Shown here piece by piece: positions 54,617-64,000 of a stretch of DNA of 64,000 bases. The translations under genes were made by a program, and so were the position numbers. The notes beneath the pieces are model-generated. The model did not search any database and was not told where the DNA came from. It saw only the letters and a program-made list of their open reading frames with translations. This DNA is from an uncultured Planctomycetota bacterium. Lineage in GTDB: Bacteria; Planctomycetota; Planctomycetia; Isosphaerales; Isosphaeraceae. The first letter of the stretch is position 1, and each line of letters opens with the position of its first letter. The stretch is taken from the NCBI GenBank assembly GCA_963823665.1, contig CAWGMQ010000010.1, forward strand, positions 1,504,001 through 1,568,000, read 5' to 3'.

Positions 54617-55388
54617 ATGCGAAGTCCACTTGTTCTCACCTTGGCTGCTCTGGTTTTCGCTACCAGCAACGCAAGGACGCGAGGCCAGGAGCCAGGCGCA
54701 CTTCCCAAGGCCGAGGCCGTGCTCGCCGATTACGTCAAGGCAACCGGCGGCGAGGAAGCGTACAAGAAGTGCAAGAATCGCTCTCTCACGGGAACGATCG
54801 AGATTCCAGCACAAAACGTGACGGGCAAGGTCCAGATCTACCAGGCTTCTCCCAATCAGATCTCGGTTCTCGACGGAGATCCCCAACGTGGTCAAGCAAG
54901 TCCAGGCCACCGACGGCAAAGACGCCTGGGAGCTCAATAACTTGAGCGGCGACCGCCTGTTCGAAGCCGACGAGAGGGACGAAATGCTTCGCAGGGCGGT
55001 TTTCAACGAAGAGATACGGAAGAAAGAGCTGAACGAGAAGATCGAATGCGTGGGCATCGAAGACGTCGAGGGCAAGCCCGCCTACAAGATCGTTCTGACC
55101 CAGAAGGGCGGAAAGACGGAAACCGAGTTCTACGACAAGGTGTCGCACCTGCTCGTGAAGGAAATCGCCAAGGTGAAAACTCCGATGGGTGAGATCGACG
55201 TCGAGGTCTTCCCCAGCGACTACAAGAAGGTCGACGGGCTGCTCATGCCCTTCACCGTGACCCAGAAAATGCTGAATCAGGAGATCAAGATCAAGATGGC
55301 GGACGTCAAGCACAACATCGACATCCCACCCGATACCTTCCGTAAGCCTGCGTCGCTGGGCGATGCGGCAAAGAAGAAGGCCGATTGA
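54617..55388 (+). CDS. Secreted LolA-like/DUF620-like protein (frameshift near 54865)
   Basis: Signal; YVKATGG; SDYKKVDGLLMPF; ORFs 54572-54940 and 54888-55388. Confidence 0.65.
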
Positions 55389-55412
55389 CGGCCTCGAGGA
55401 GGCAGGACTTCC

Positions 55413-56282
55413 ATGATGATCACGCCGAGGCTGCTCGTCGTCGCGTTTTCGTTCGCCTTGTTGACGGCACCGGCCCGCGCCGATGAGCCCTCGGTCGTTC
55501 CGCTCTGGCCGGGCGGAGCGCCGGGCTTCGAGGCCAGGCGCGGCGAGCCGGAGACAGCGAAAGACTACTGGGTCGCCAACATTCACAATCCCTCGATCAC
55601 CGTCTTTCTCCCGCCCAAGGAGAAAGCCACGGGCGCGGCAGTGGTGATTTGCCCGGGGGGCGGACATCGCCTTCTGGTCTTTAACGCAGAGGGCGTCGAA
55701 GCGGCCCGATATCTGAACAGCTTGGGTATCGCCGCGTTCGCACTCAAGTACCGGCTGGGCCGCGAAAGCGGCTCTCCGTACAAGATCGAGCTGCACGCCC
55801 GAGAAGACGGCGCTCGCGCAATGCGACTGGTTCGCAGCCGGGCGAAGGAGTGGAACATTGACCCGTCCCGCGTGGGCATCATGGGCTTTTCTGCGGGTGG
55901 CGAGGTCGCGTCGATGGTGGCGTTCAACCCCGGCGACGGTGACCCGCAGGCGCCAGACCCGGTCGATCGCCTTTCCTGCCGCCCTGACTTTCTGGTCCAG
56001 ATCTATCCCGGCCCGCTCGGAATTCCCGCGGCCGTCCCGACCGGTTCGCCACCTGCCTTCCTGCTCGTGGCCAACGACGACCGCGGCGCCGCACCCGTGA
56101 TCGCCAGCCTGCTTCAAAAGTACCGGGCGGCCAAGATCCCCGTCGAAGCCCACTTCCTCGCCAAAGGCGGCCACGGTTTCAACATGGGAAACCGCTCCAA
56201 GCTGAAAACCGTCAAGACCTGGCCCGATCGCCTCGCCGATTGGATGACCGACAACGAGATTCTGGCCGCCACGAAACAGTGA
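55413..56282 (+). CDS. Secreted alpha/beta hydrolase (esterase-like)
   Basis: PGGGH, GFSAGG nucleophile elbow, GGHGF. Confidence 0.9.
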   Translation: MMITPRLLVVAFSFALLTAPARADEPSVVPLWPGGAPGFEARRGEPETAKDYWVANIHNPSITVFLPPKEKATGAAVVICPGGGHRLLVFNAEGVEAARYLNSLGIAAFALKYRLGRESGSPYKIELHAREDGARAMRLVRSRAKEWNIDPSRVGIMGFSAGGEVASMVAFNPGDGDPQAPDPVDRLSCRPDFLVQIYPGPLGIPAAVPTGSPPAFLLVANDDRGAAPVIASLLQKYRAAKIPVEAHFLAKGGHGFNMGNRSKLKTVKTWPDRLADWMTDNEILAATKQ

Positions 56283-56310
56283 GCCCGCCGCAACCGCGTT
56301 CGATCCACTT

Positions 56311-56333
56311 GTAGCAGGCACACTCCGTGTGCC
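56311..56333 (+). repeat. GTAG-type REP-like palindrome
   Basis: GTAGCA-GGCACAC-TCC-GTGTGCC. Confidence 0.5.
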
Positions 56334-56519
56334 GCCCGCCCACCCAGGCGGCGACCCGATCAAACCCAGATTGGCTGCGCCAATCCCGCACACGCCATCT
56401 TCCCGTTGAGCGGCAAGCCCCTCCTCGCTAAAATCTCCATCACGTCCGTTTCCTCCCAAAAACGCCACGACGGCTGTTCCTCGCCGGTTCCTCCGGTCTC
56501 GCACGAGAAGGATCTTGCC

Positions 56520-59500
56520 ATGCGAGCCTGTTTTACTTCGATATTGATCGTTCTCGTCCTTTCTTGCCGCGCCCTCTGCGCCCAGACACCACCCACCCCG
56601 CTCCCAGACGCCGCCCCCCCCTGGAAAATCGAGCTGGCCGCCGACGCCCGCACCGTACTTTTCCCCACCGCGATCGCGGCTGCACCCGACGGCACACTCT
56701 ACGTCGGGTCCGACCCGATGGATATGACCGGCCCGCCCACGAGTCCCATCGATCGTGTTCTGGCCCTCAAGGACGGCAAGACCCGCGTCTTCGCGGATAA
56801 GCTCTGGTGCGTTAAAGGCCTCGAATGGGTCGACGGCACCCTCTACGTCGTTCACGCTCCCTTTCTCTCGGCCTTCAGGGACCGTGATAACGATGGCCAC
56901 GCCGACGAGCGAGTGGACCTGATGACAGGCCTGGGCCCTCAGCCGCCAGGTTTCGACGGCTTGAACGACCACATCGCCTCCGGAATCCGCCTGGGCATGG
57001 ACGGATTCCTCTATATCGCTGTCGGCAGCAAGGGAATTCCCCGCGGCGTTGGTAAGGACCTCCAGAGCATTCAGCTCCGAGGCGGCGGCGTGATCCGGAT
57101 CAAAACCGATGGAACAGGTCTCGAAGTCGTTTCCACCGGCGAGTGCAATCCCCGCGGAATCGCGCTTTCCGCATCCGACGAGATCTTCACCTTCGGCACC
57201 GGCGACGACAGCAAGAAGTGGCCGAGCACCCTGACCCATCATATCGTCGGCGGCCACTTTGGGTTCCCCTTTCAGTTCCTGACCGCACCCTATCGCTCGC
57301 TCCCAACCATGGCCGGGTTCAAGGACGGAGCAGGGGCCCAGGGCGTCTGCTTTAACGAAGATGGTTTGCCCGCCGAGTATCGTGGCAACTTCTTCTTCTG
57401 TGATTGGGGCGCTCAAACGGTCTCTCGGTTCGAGATCAAGAGGGCCGGCGGAACTCACGCTGTTTCCCGCCGCACGACGATCGTCTCGAAGGGCAACTGC
57501 CACGACTTCCACCCGATCTCGCTCGCCGTCTCGGCTGATGGCGCAAGCCTTTGGGTCGTCGATTGGGCATTTGAAGGCTGGCTCGCCGACGGCCCCAGGA
57601 CCGGCCGGCTCTTCCGTCTCAGCCCATCGCCCGCAGCACCAGCCGCAGTCAATCCAGCCGCCCGCCCGTCGGGAAACGACCCGGCCGAGCGCATCAAATC
57701 GCTCGATCACCCGGCGCTGTCGGTTCGAATGGAATCCCAGCGAATCTTGATCCGAGCCGGCATCCCGGTCATTCCGGCGCTCATCGAGCGATTGACTCGC
57801 GCTGAGCCCGAAACAGGCCGCCTCCACGCCCTCTGGGCCCTCGACGCAATCGGCGGCCCCGAAGCGCGAAGCGCCATCGCGGCCGCGCTCCGCGACACGT
57901 CCGCTCGGCTCCGGCTTCAGGCCGCTCGCTCGGCCGGCATTCGCCGCGACCGCCAGGCCGCGGGTGATCTCGCACAACTTCTCCGCGATCGTGATCCATC
58001 CGTGCGCCGCGAGGCCGCAATCGCGCTCGGCAGACTCGGCGACGCTGCTCCTGCGCGAGAGCTGTACAAGGCCCTCGATGATGCAGACGCCTTCGCCGCC
58101 TGGTCGATTCGCCACGCCATCCGCCACTCCGGCGCCTGGCCGAAAGAGGAGCTGGTCGAGCGCCCTTCTGGACGAGCGCCGGCGCGAGCCCGCGCTGCGC
58201 CTCGCCGACGAATCGTGGTCGACCACCGTCGTGGCTGCGCTTGCGGAAGCGTTTGCTCAATCGCCATCGGCTCCCGTGCGCGGGCGAATCCTGGCGAACA
58301 TCGCGGGCCTGCTGCATCAGTACCCCGATTGGAACGAAACCTGGTTCGGCACCAACCCGCTCGCCGGTGCGTTCCCGCGCAAGACCAAGGATTGGGATGA
58401 AACGGGCATGAAAGCAGTGCTCGATGCGCTCTCGAACGGCCTCACCGACACCGACAGCCTCGTCCGCTTTCAGGCGATCACCGGTATCTCCGAGGCCGGC
58501 AAGGACGCGGCTCCTCGGTTGAGGGCAGCCCTGCCGCGCGAGGTCGATCCGACCAATCAAGCCGTGATCATCGAAACGCTCGGAGCGCTCAAAGATGCAT
58601 ATTCGCTCCCGTTGTTTGTCGAGATCCTGGGCGACCCCCGCCGCGACGAACCGGTGCGAATGGCCTCCCTCGCCGCGCTCGGCCAGTTCCGCGACGCGCA
58701 GTCGCTCCGCGCCAGGCTCTCGCTGATCTACGATGAAAAGGCTCCTCCGTCCCTGGTCGCCGCTGCACTGCCATACATCGCTCGCACGGGTTTTCTTCCC
58801 CCCAATGAGCTGGGGTCGTTCATGGAGAGCCAGGCCCCCGAAATCCGGGCATCGGCGCTCTTGAGCTTGAACGTCAAGAAAGCCCTCCCGCCCGACCTCC
58901 TCCAATCCGTGCTCGACCACGTAACTGACCCGAACGAGACCGTGCGCCAGGCGGCCATGCTCGCCGTGGTGCCGCTCCAGTTGCAACCCGCGGTGCCGAA
59001 GTTGCTCGAATTGGCCGCCCATCCCGGCTCGCCCGACCACGCGACCGCGGTCGAGGCCCTCTGCGGCCTCCGCGATCGCCGGGCCGTGGCCGTTTACGTG
59101 AGCGCGCTCGACGGCGAAAATCCTCGCCTCCGCAAGCTGGCTCTCTCGGCACTTCTCGCAATCAAGGACCAGGCTCGCGGGGAAATCGCCGCCGCCGCAA
59201 AATCCACGCGGCTCGGAAACGCGGCGGCGCTTCGCTCGACCGCGTCCTTGCCACTGTCACGCCGGTCACATTCTGGAAAGTGATCGGGCCGTTCCCGCAG
59301 AACATGCCCCAGCCCTTCACACGAGCGGAACCGCCGGATTTCAACAAGCGGTACGCCGGCTCGCTCGGCACCCTCGTCTCCTGGATGGACCACCGCGGGG
59401 ATACCCGTTCCGGCCGCGTCGACCTGGCTCGTCTTACCCAGGCGGGGAGCCCGGCAGAAGCCGATGCCGCCGCGGCTGGCCTCGGAGCCTTCGGGTACGC

Positions 59501-59792
59501 CGAAGTGAACGTTGACCGCGATTGCACCGTGCTCCTCGACTGCACCTCGAGCGGACCCCTGGTCGTGAACGTCAATGAGAAAACGGTTTACCCGGTCACC
59601 GCCGCAGGCGCAGATCACCCCGCCTCGGCCGCTCAAGACATCGTCCGCTGCAACCTCGTGAAGGGGCGGAACCGGATCGTCGTCGTGAGCCGCCAGGGCG
59701 CCGGTCCCTGGTTCTTCGCGATCGGTGTCGCCCCCCTCACCGCGGGCCGCGAAAAGCCGGCCGTTGCCGCCGCCCCGAAGGATCTGCATTGA
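56520..59792 (+). CDS. PVC-type beta-propeller (sugar dehydrogenase-like) plus HEAT-repeat protein (frameshifts near 58160 and 59230)
   Basis: DRDNDGHAD, GMDGFLYIAVG, GNFFFCDW; HEAT repeats; three consecutive ORFs. Confidence 0.8.
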
Positions 59793-59873
59793 CATTAAGT
59801 GCATCAAACCGGGAAGATGCGCGCGAGAAATCGTCTCGACTTCAACTGCCAATAGGGAGATCTGCGAACGGCC

Positions 59874-60437
59874 ATGATGCTCAAAGCGACCGATATCCGG
59901 CGCGGAATGGTGATCACCATGGAGGGGATCAACTATGTGGTCCTCGACTTTGCCCACCACACGCCTGGGAACCTCCGTGCGATGGTCCAGACCAAGCTGC
60001 GCAACATGAACAATGGTTCGTTGATCGACAAGCGGCTCCGCTCCGTGGACCAGATCGAAGTGCCATTCGTCGAGGCCAAGGAATACGAATACCTCTACTC
60101 CGCCGGCGACGAGCACGTCTTCATGGACACCGAGACCTACGACCAGCTCAGCTTCAATCCCGACATCGTCGGAACCGCGATGGATTACCTGCTGCCCAAT
60201 TCGCGCGTGATGGTCAAGTACATCAACGACAAGCCCGTCTCGATCGAAATCCCTGACTTCGTCGAGCTCACCGTTTCCGACACGCCCCCATCCCTCGCCG
60301 GCGCGACGGCCACCAACCAGTACAAGGAAGCAAAGCTGGAAACCGGCCTGACTGTCTCCGTTCCTCCGTTCATCAAGATCGGCGAAAAGATCCGCATCGA
60401 CACCCGCACCGGCGAATACCTGGAACGGGTGAAGTGA
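59874..60437 (+). CDS. efp: Elongation factor P
   Basis: TPGNLRA loop, YLYS, FMDTETYDQ, LETG, VPPFI, DTRTGEYLER. Confidence 0.95.
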   Translation: MMLKATDIRRGMVITMEGINYVVLDFAHHTPGNLRAMVQTKLRNMNNGSLIDKRLRSVDQIEVPFVEAKEYEYLYSAGDEHVFMDTETYDQLSFNPDIVGTAMDYLLPNSRVMVKYINDKPVSIEIPDFVELTVSDTPPSLAGATATNQYKEAKLETGLTVSVPPFIKIGEKIRIDTRTGEYLERVK

Positions 60438-60473
60438 TCCTTTCGCCTGCCTGGCAGCTCCCGGAGCTTCACC

Positions 60474-61715
60474 GTGGACGACCTGGCGCGGCTGCTCTCG
60501 GATCTGGTCGCCATCCCCAGCGTCAACCCGATGGGCCGCGGACTCTCCGGCCCCGAGTTCCTCGAGTCCCGGCTGACAGCCTACCTTGAAGAGTGGCTGC
60601 GCGCCTTGGGCGTTCGGCTGGAGCGTCAGCACATCGCCCCCGATCGCGAAAACCTGCTCGCCTGGTATGAAGCCCCCAACGCCCAGCACCTCATCCTCTT
60701 TGACGTCCATCAAGACACAGTGCCCGTCGGCGGCATGACCATTCCCCCGTTCGTTCCCACGATCGAGCGCGGAGCCCTTTATGGCCGCGGTTCGTGTGAC
60801 GTCAAGGGCTCGATGGCCGCCATGCTCCTGGCATTCGCGCGCCTGGTCCGAGAGCGGCCGCGGGGCGCTGCATCGGTGTTGCTGGCATGCACTGTGGACG
60901 AGGAATTCACGCACCAGGGCTCTTCTCGCCTCGCCGCGACTGATCATGGCGCCAGCCTCGCGATCGTCGCCGAGCCGACCTTGCTCGACATCGTCCACTG
61001 CCACAAAGGCGTCCTCCGCTGGAAAATCCGCACTCAGGGAGTCGCCTGCCATAGCTCGACCCCCGAGCAGGGTGAAAACGCGATCTACCGTATGGCGAAA
61101 GTCGTCGAAGCGCTGGAACGATACGCCGGGACTTTGCAGCATAATAAGCCTCACGAAATCCTCGGCAGTCCCACGATGTCGGTCGGCCGGATCGAGGGCG
61201 GCGAAAGCGTGAATGTGGTCCCCGACTGGTGTGAAGTGGAAGTCGATCGCCGGTTAATCCCGGGTGAAGATCCCGCGGAGTGCCTGAGCAACGCACAGAT
61301 CTGGCTGAGCAGTCAGCTCCCCGGCGAGGTGAAGTTTGTTTTCAGCGAGCCCGGCGTCCGGATGCCCCCGTTGGCGTCCTCGGTTTCGGATTGGATCGAG
61401 CCGCTAAGTAACGCCATCCATCACGCAACCAGCCGGCGCCCTTCCTTGCGAGGAGTCCCCTTCGGCACCGACGCTGGCCCGCTGTCAGCCACAGGAACTC
61501 CGTGTGTTGTATTTGGCCCCGGTGATATCGCGCAGGCCCATACGAAGGATGAATGGATCGATCTCGAGCAGGTAGCACAAGCCGCCGAGGCCTATTTTCA
61601 AATAGCTGTGGAACTAGGGCGGACTCCGGTGCATACCTCCGCCTTCCGTGGGGAAGGTGCCGCCGCAGGCGGCGGTGCGGGGCCGGCACAGAGGGAAGAA
61701 ACCACCGCACACTAG
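60474..61715 (+). CDS. M20 family metallohydrolase (ArgE/DapE-like)
   Basis: HQDTV, GRGSCDVKG, DEE, EPT, GTDAG, GPG...AH..DE. Confidence 0.9.
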   Translation: MDDLARLLSDLVAIPSVNPMGRGLSGPEFLESRLTAYLEEWLRALGVRLERQHIAPDRENLLAWYEAPNAQHLILFDVHQDTVPVGGMTIPPFVPTIERGALYGRGSCDVKGSMAAMLLAFARLVRERPRGAASVLLACTVDEEFTHQGSSRLAATDHGASLAIVAEPTLLDIVHCHKGVLRWKIRTQGVACHSSTPEQGENAIYRMAKVVEALERYAGTLQHNKPHEILGSPTMSVGRIEGGESVNVVPDWCEVEVDRRLIPGEDPAECLSNAQIWLSSQLPGEVKFVFSEPGVRMPPLASSVSDWIEPLSNAIHHATSRRPSLRGVPFGTDAGPLSATGTPCVVFGPGDIAQAHTKDEWIDLEQVAQAAEAYFQIAVELGRTPVHTSAFRGEGAAAGGGAGPAQREETTAH

Positions 61716-61791
61716 CGATGTCGCTTCGGCCGTAGGAGGGCGCTCCGTCTCCCGACTCTTCAAGATCGCACGCCCCGCTCCCACACCCTGA

Positions 61792-64000
61792 TCACGGCGA
61801 CCGCGGCCGATGCTTGCGAAGAAAAGCCACCGAGTTCGGCAACAGCCATTCAACATTGTCGAGCGTCTCCTCAAGCGGCACTTCGGTTTTCCTCTGCATC
61901 CCCCCGCGCCGCCGCTCTCGCTTCTTGATCGCCATTTCGTGCCGCCGCCGCAATCTCTCCCCCTTCGAGAGCGGATCGTTCACGCGCCGCGGCTCAACGC
62001 CTCTCTTTTCGGGTAAGGAAACCGGCAGATCGTCGCCGCCGTGCCCGTCAGCCATCGTTCGGCGCGGGTCTCTGACCCCGCCGTCCGCCCGACCGCAGGT
62101 CTCCTCTTGCCCCCCGCCACCCCCGTGCGCCTCAGTTCGGCGCGGGTCTCTGACCCCGCCGTCCGCCCGACCGCAGGTCTCCTCTTGCCCCCCGCCACCC
62201 CCGTGCGCCTCAGCTCGGCGCGGGTCTCTGACCCCGCCGTCCACCCGACCGCAGGTCTCCTCTTGCACCCCGTCGTTTTCGTCCTCCCCAGTTCCGCCCG
62301 CCTCACTCACACCCAAAGCGTCCCCGTCAACCGCGCGATCACCCGCCCCCTCCTGATTACCATCATCATTCATCCCCGACCCGTCGATTTCGTTTTGTAT
62401 ATTCGTCGCGGGCTCTTGTCCTGTAAGGGTTAAGGGAGCGAGATCGCTAAGCCCAACCTGTCTCAAGTCCGCCCGACCGCAGGTTTCCTCTTGCCCCCCG
62501 CCACCCCCGTGTGCCTCAGTTCGGCGCGGGTCTCTGACCCCGCCGTCCACCCGACCGCATGTCTCCTCTTGCTTCCCGTCGTTTTCGTCCTCCCCAGTTC
62601 CGCCCGCCTCACTCACACCCAAAGCGTCCCCGTCAACCGCGCGATCACCCGCCCCCTCCTGATTACCATCATCCTTCACCCCCGACCCGTCGATTTCGTT
62701 TTGTATGTTCGTCGCGGGTCGTTGTCCGGTAAGGGTTACGGGAACGGAATCGCTCAGCCCAGCCTGCCCCAAATCCGTGGCGTCATCCCGCATTTCCGCC
62801 CCGGCCGCGGCGCCCTGGTCCGTCGTACAATCATCGGTCACACCTTCCGCCTGCGTTGCCTCCTGAGCATTCCCATTCCCCGCGGCAGCCTCGCCCCCCC
62901 GAGCCGCGATCGATTCCATATGCCCCTGGCTCTGCCAATCTCCGGCCTTCGCGCCCACATCACTCACAGGGCCACGTCTGTAGCTGCCACCGCCACCGCG
63001 AGACGCCCGGTAATACGGCCTCTCACAAGGTTGTGGCCCGTGCTTTGCCTCCCAGCGGGCCAGCCCAGCCTCGACGTCGCCGTCATAGCCTTGGGCATCG
63101 TGATAACTCCCACGCTCGTCAATCACAAACCGCTCATCTTGCATACGCCCGCGTCGCGCGTCTTCTTTCAGCCGGTCTCGCTCCCGTCGCGCCTTCCCCC
63201 ACCCTTCATCCTCCCAGCGGTGCCACCTCTTGATGGTGTCGAGGTTGCGAATCACCAGCCGGTTGGAGCTCTCCAGATGACGCTGAATCTGCCCGGCCGG
63301 CTTGGCCTCCTCATCGCTCACAATGTTCGGTTCGACCAGATCGAGAATCGCGTCGCCTTCCGCGTGCTCCGCTTCGAGCCTCCACAGACGCTCGATGGCG
63401 TTGTCAATGATCGCAAGTAGCACGGCCCGTCCTGCCCCTGCATCGGGCGGCGTGATCGCGCGTAACTCCGGGCGCGTAAGCTGGCCCTCATGAAACTTGA
63501 CCCGATCATAGTGGATCTCGCACCGCAGCTCGCGGAAGGCGGACTTGAAGGCCGGCCTGATGGCGTGGCTCGCAAGGAACACCAAGGCGGCCTCTCGATC
63601 AAAGAGCGCGTCGAGCGGCTGCTTGCCCAGCAACCGGACGGCCATGAGTTTCTGACAGGAGAGCCATCCCTCTCCCGATTCGATCGGCTTCCTCACCTCG
63701 CCCAGGCGGTCCAGCAGCCACCGTCGGCCGGCGCGCGTCGCTTCAAGCTGGATGACCAGCCTGGCCGGCTTATCCGGGTCATCGGCTACGCCCGAATCGG
63801 AGGTCCGCGGCTCCTTGTGCTCATAGTCCCGCGACGGATAGAGCTGCGAAGGTCCCCGACGGTCATAGAGCAAGCGATCGCCCAGCCCCTCTGCGACCAG
63901 TGTCTCGCGAACCGTCTCCGCCCGCGATCGCCGCACAATATCACCCGTCACGCGGTTAACTTCTAAACGGTTAGCACGTTCGGCTCGCCAGCAAGCCATC
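61792..64000 (-). CDS. Hypothetical protein with repeat-rich C-terminus, probably 5'-incomplete
   Basis: 735-aa open frame reaching the window edge. Confidence 0.6.
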   Translation of the reverse strand, partial: MACWRAERANRLEVNRVTGDIVRRSRAETVRETLVAEGLGDRLLYDRRGPSQLYPSRDYEHKEPRTSDSGVADDPDKPARLVIQLEATRAGRRWLLDRLGEVRKPIESGEGWLSCQKLMAVRLLGKQPLDALFDREAALVFLASHAIRPAFKSAFRELRCEIHYDRVKFHEGQLTRPELRAITPPDAGAGRAVLLAIIDNAIERLWRLEAEHAEGDAILDLVEPNIVSDEEAKPAGQIQRHLESSNRLVIRNLDTIKRWHRWEDEGWGKARRERDRLKEDARRGRMQDERFVIDERGSYHDAQGYDGDVEAGLARWEAKHGPQPCERPYYRASRGGGGSYRRGPVSDVGAKAGDWQSQGHMESIAARGGEAAAGNGNAQEATQAEGVTDDCTTDQGAAAGAEMRDDATDLGQAGLSDSVPVTLTGQRPATNIQNEIDGSGVKDDGNQEGAGDRAVDGDALGVSEAGGTGEDENDGKQEETCGRVDGGVRDPRRTEAHGGGGGQEETCGRADLRQVGLSDLAPLTLTGQEPATNIQNEIDGSGMNDDGNQEGAGDRAVDGDALGVSEAGGTGEDENDGVQEETCGRVDGGVRDPRRAEAHGGGGGQEETCGRADGGVRDPRRTEAHGGGGGQEETCGRADGGVRDPRRTMADGHGGDDLPVSLPEKRGVEPRRVNDPLSKGERLRRRHEMAIKKRERRRGGMQRKTEVPLEETLDNVEWLLPNSVAFLRKHRPRSP
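62057..62772 (-). repeat. Nested coding repeats: 78-bp units and a 306-bp duplication
   Basis: Units start at 62057, 62135, 62213 and 62519; each contains the GGGTC-TCT-GACCC palindrome. Confidence 0.9.

Noticed and set aside
54786..58226. Long antisense ORFs (also 53108-55075, 59094-61154, 20438-22129, 26047-27399, 31794-32741)
   Set aside because: Shadows of real genes on the opposite strand in high-GC DNA, with no recognisable motifs
41485..59792. Programmed frameshifting or mass pseudogenisation
   Set aside because: No shared slippery motif; indels go in both directions in error-prone contexts; no nonsense decay
62057..62772. CRISPR array
   Set aside because: Sequences between the palindromes are near-identical rather than unique spacers; the units are in-frame coding; no cas genes
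1..64000. Complete DGR in the window
   Set aside because: No reverse transcriptase, Avd or template copy of 15928-16023 found; the AAC-rich tract near 32935-33020 is part of the Gly-rich protein

Overview
High-GC Planctomycetota DNA, probably Isosphaeraceae-like; this is inferred from gene families (DUF1559, DUF4058, multidomain Ser/Thr kinases, a PVC-type propeller/HEAT protein). The window has two parts. (1) About 0.4-20 kb is an accessory mosaic: two large kinases (kinase-WD40 and kinase-STAND NTPase-helical-FGE/C-type lectin) among duplicated, internally deleted and chimeric gene fragments. The FGE C-terminus resembles a DGR variable region, but there is no RT or template repeat in the window. 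(2) About 20-64 kb is mostly core-like: hpnR, miaB, SMI1/KNR4, glnE, ABC permease, an NTF2 plus Gly-rich TPR pair, fmt/def, an ECF/anti-sigma/Gld-like ABC cluster, S41 peptidase, efp and an M20 hydrolase, ending in a repeat-rich hypothetical protein. About 13 small frameshifts in otherwise intact genes are most likely read or assembly errors. I recognised no rRNA, tRNA, CRISPR array, integrase or reverse transcriptase. All family calls are by eye from motifs, with no database searches.
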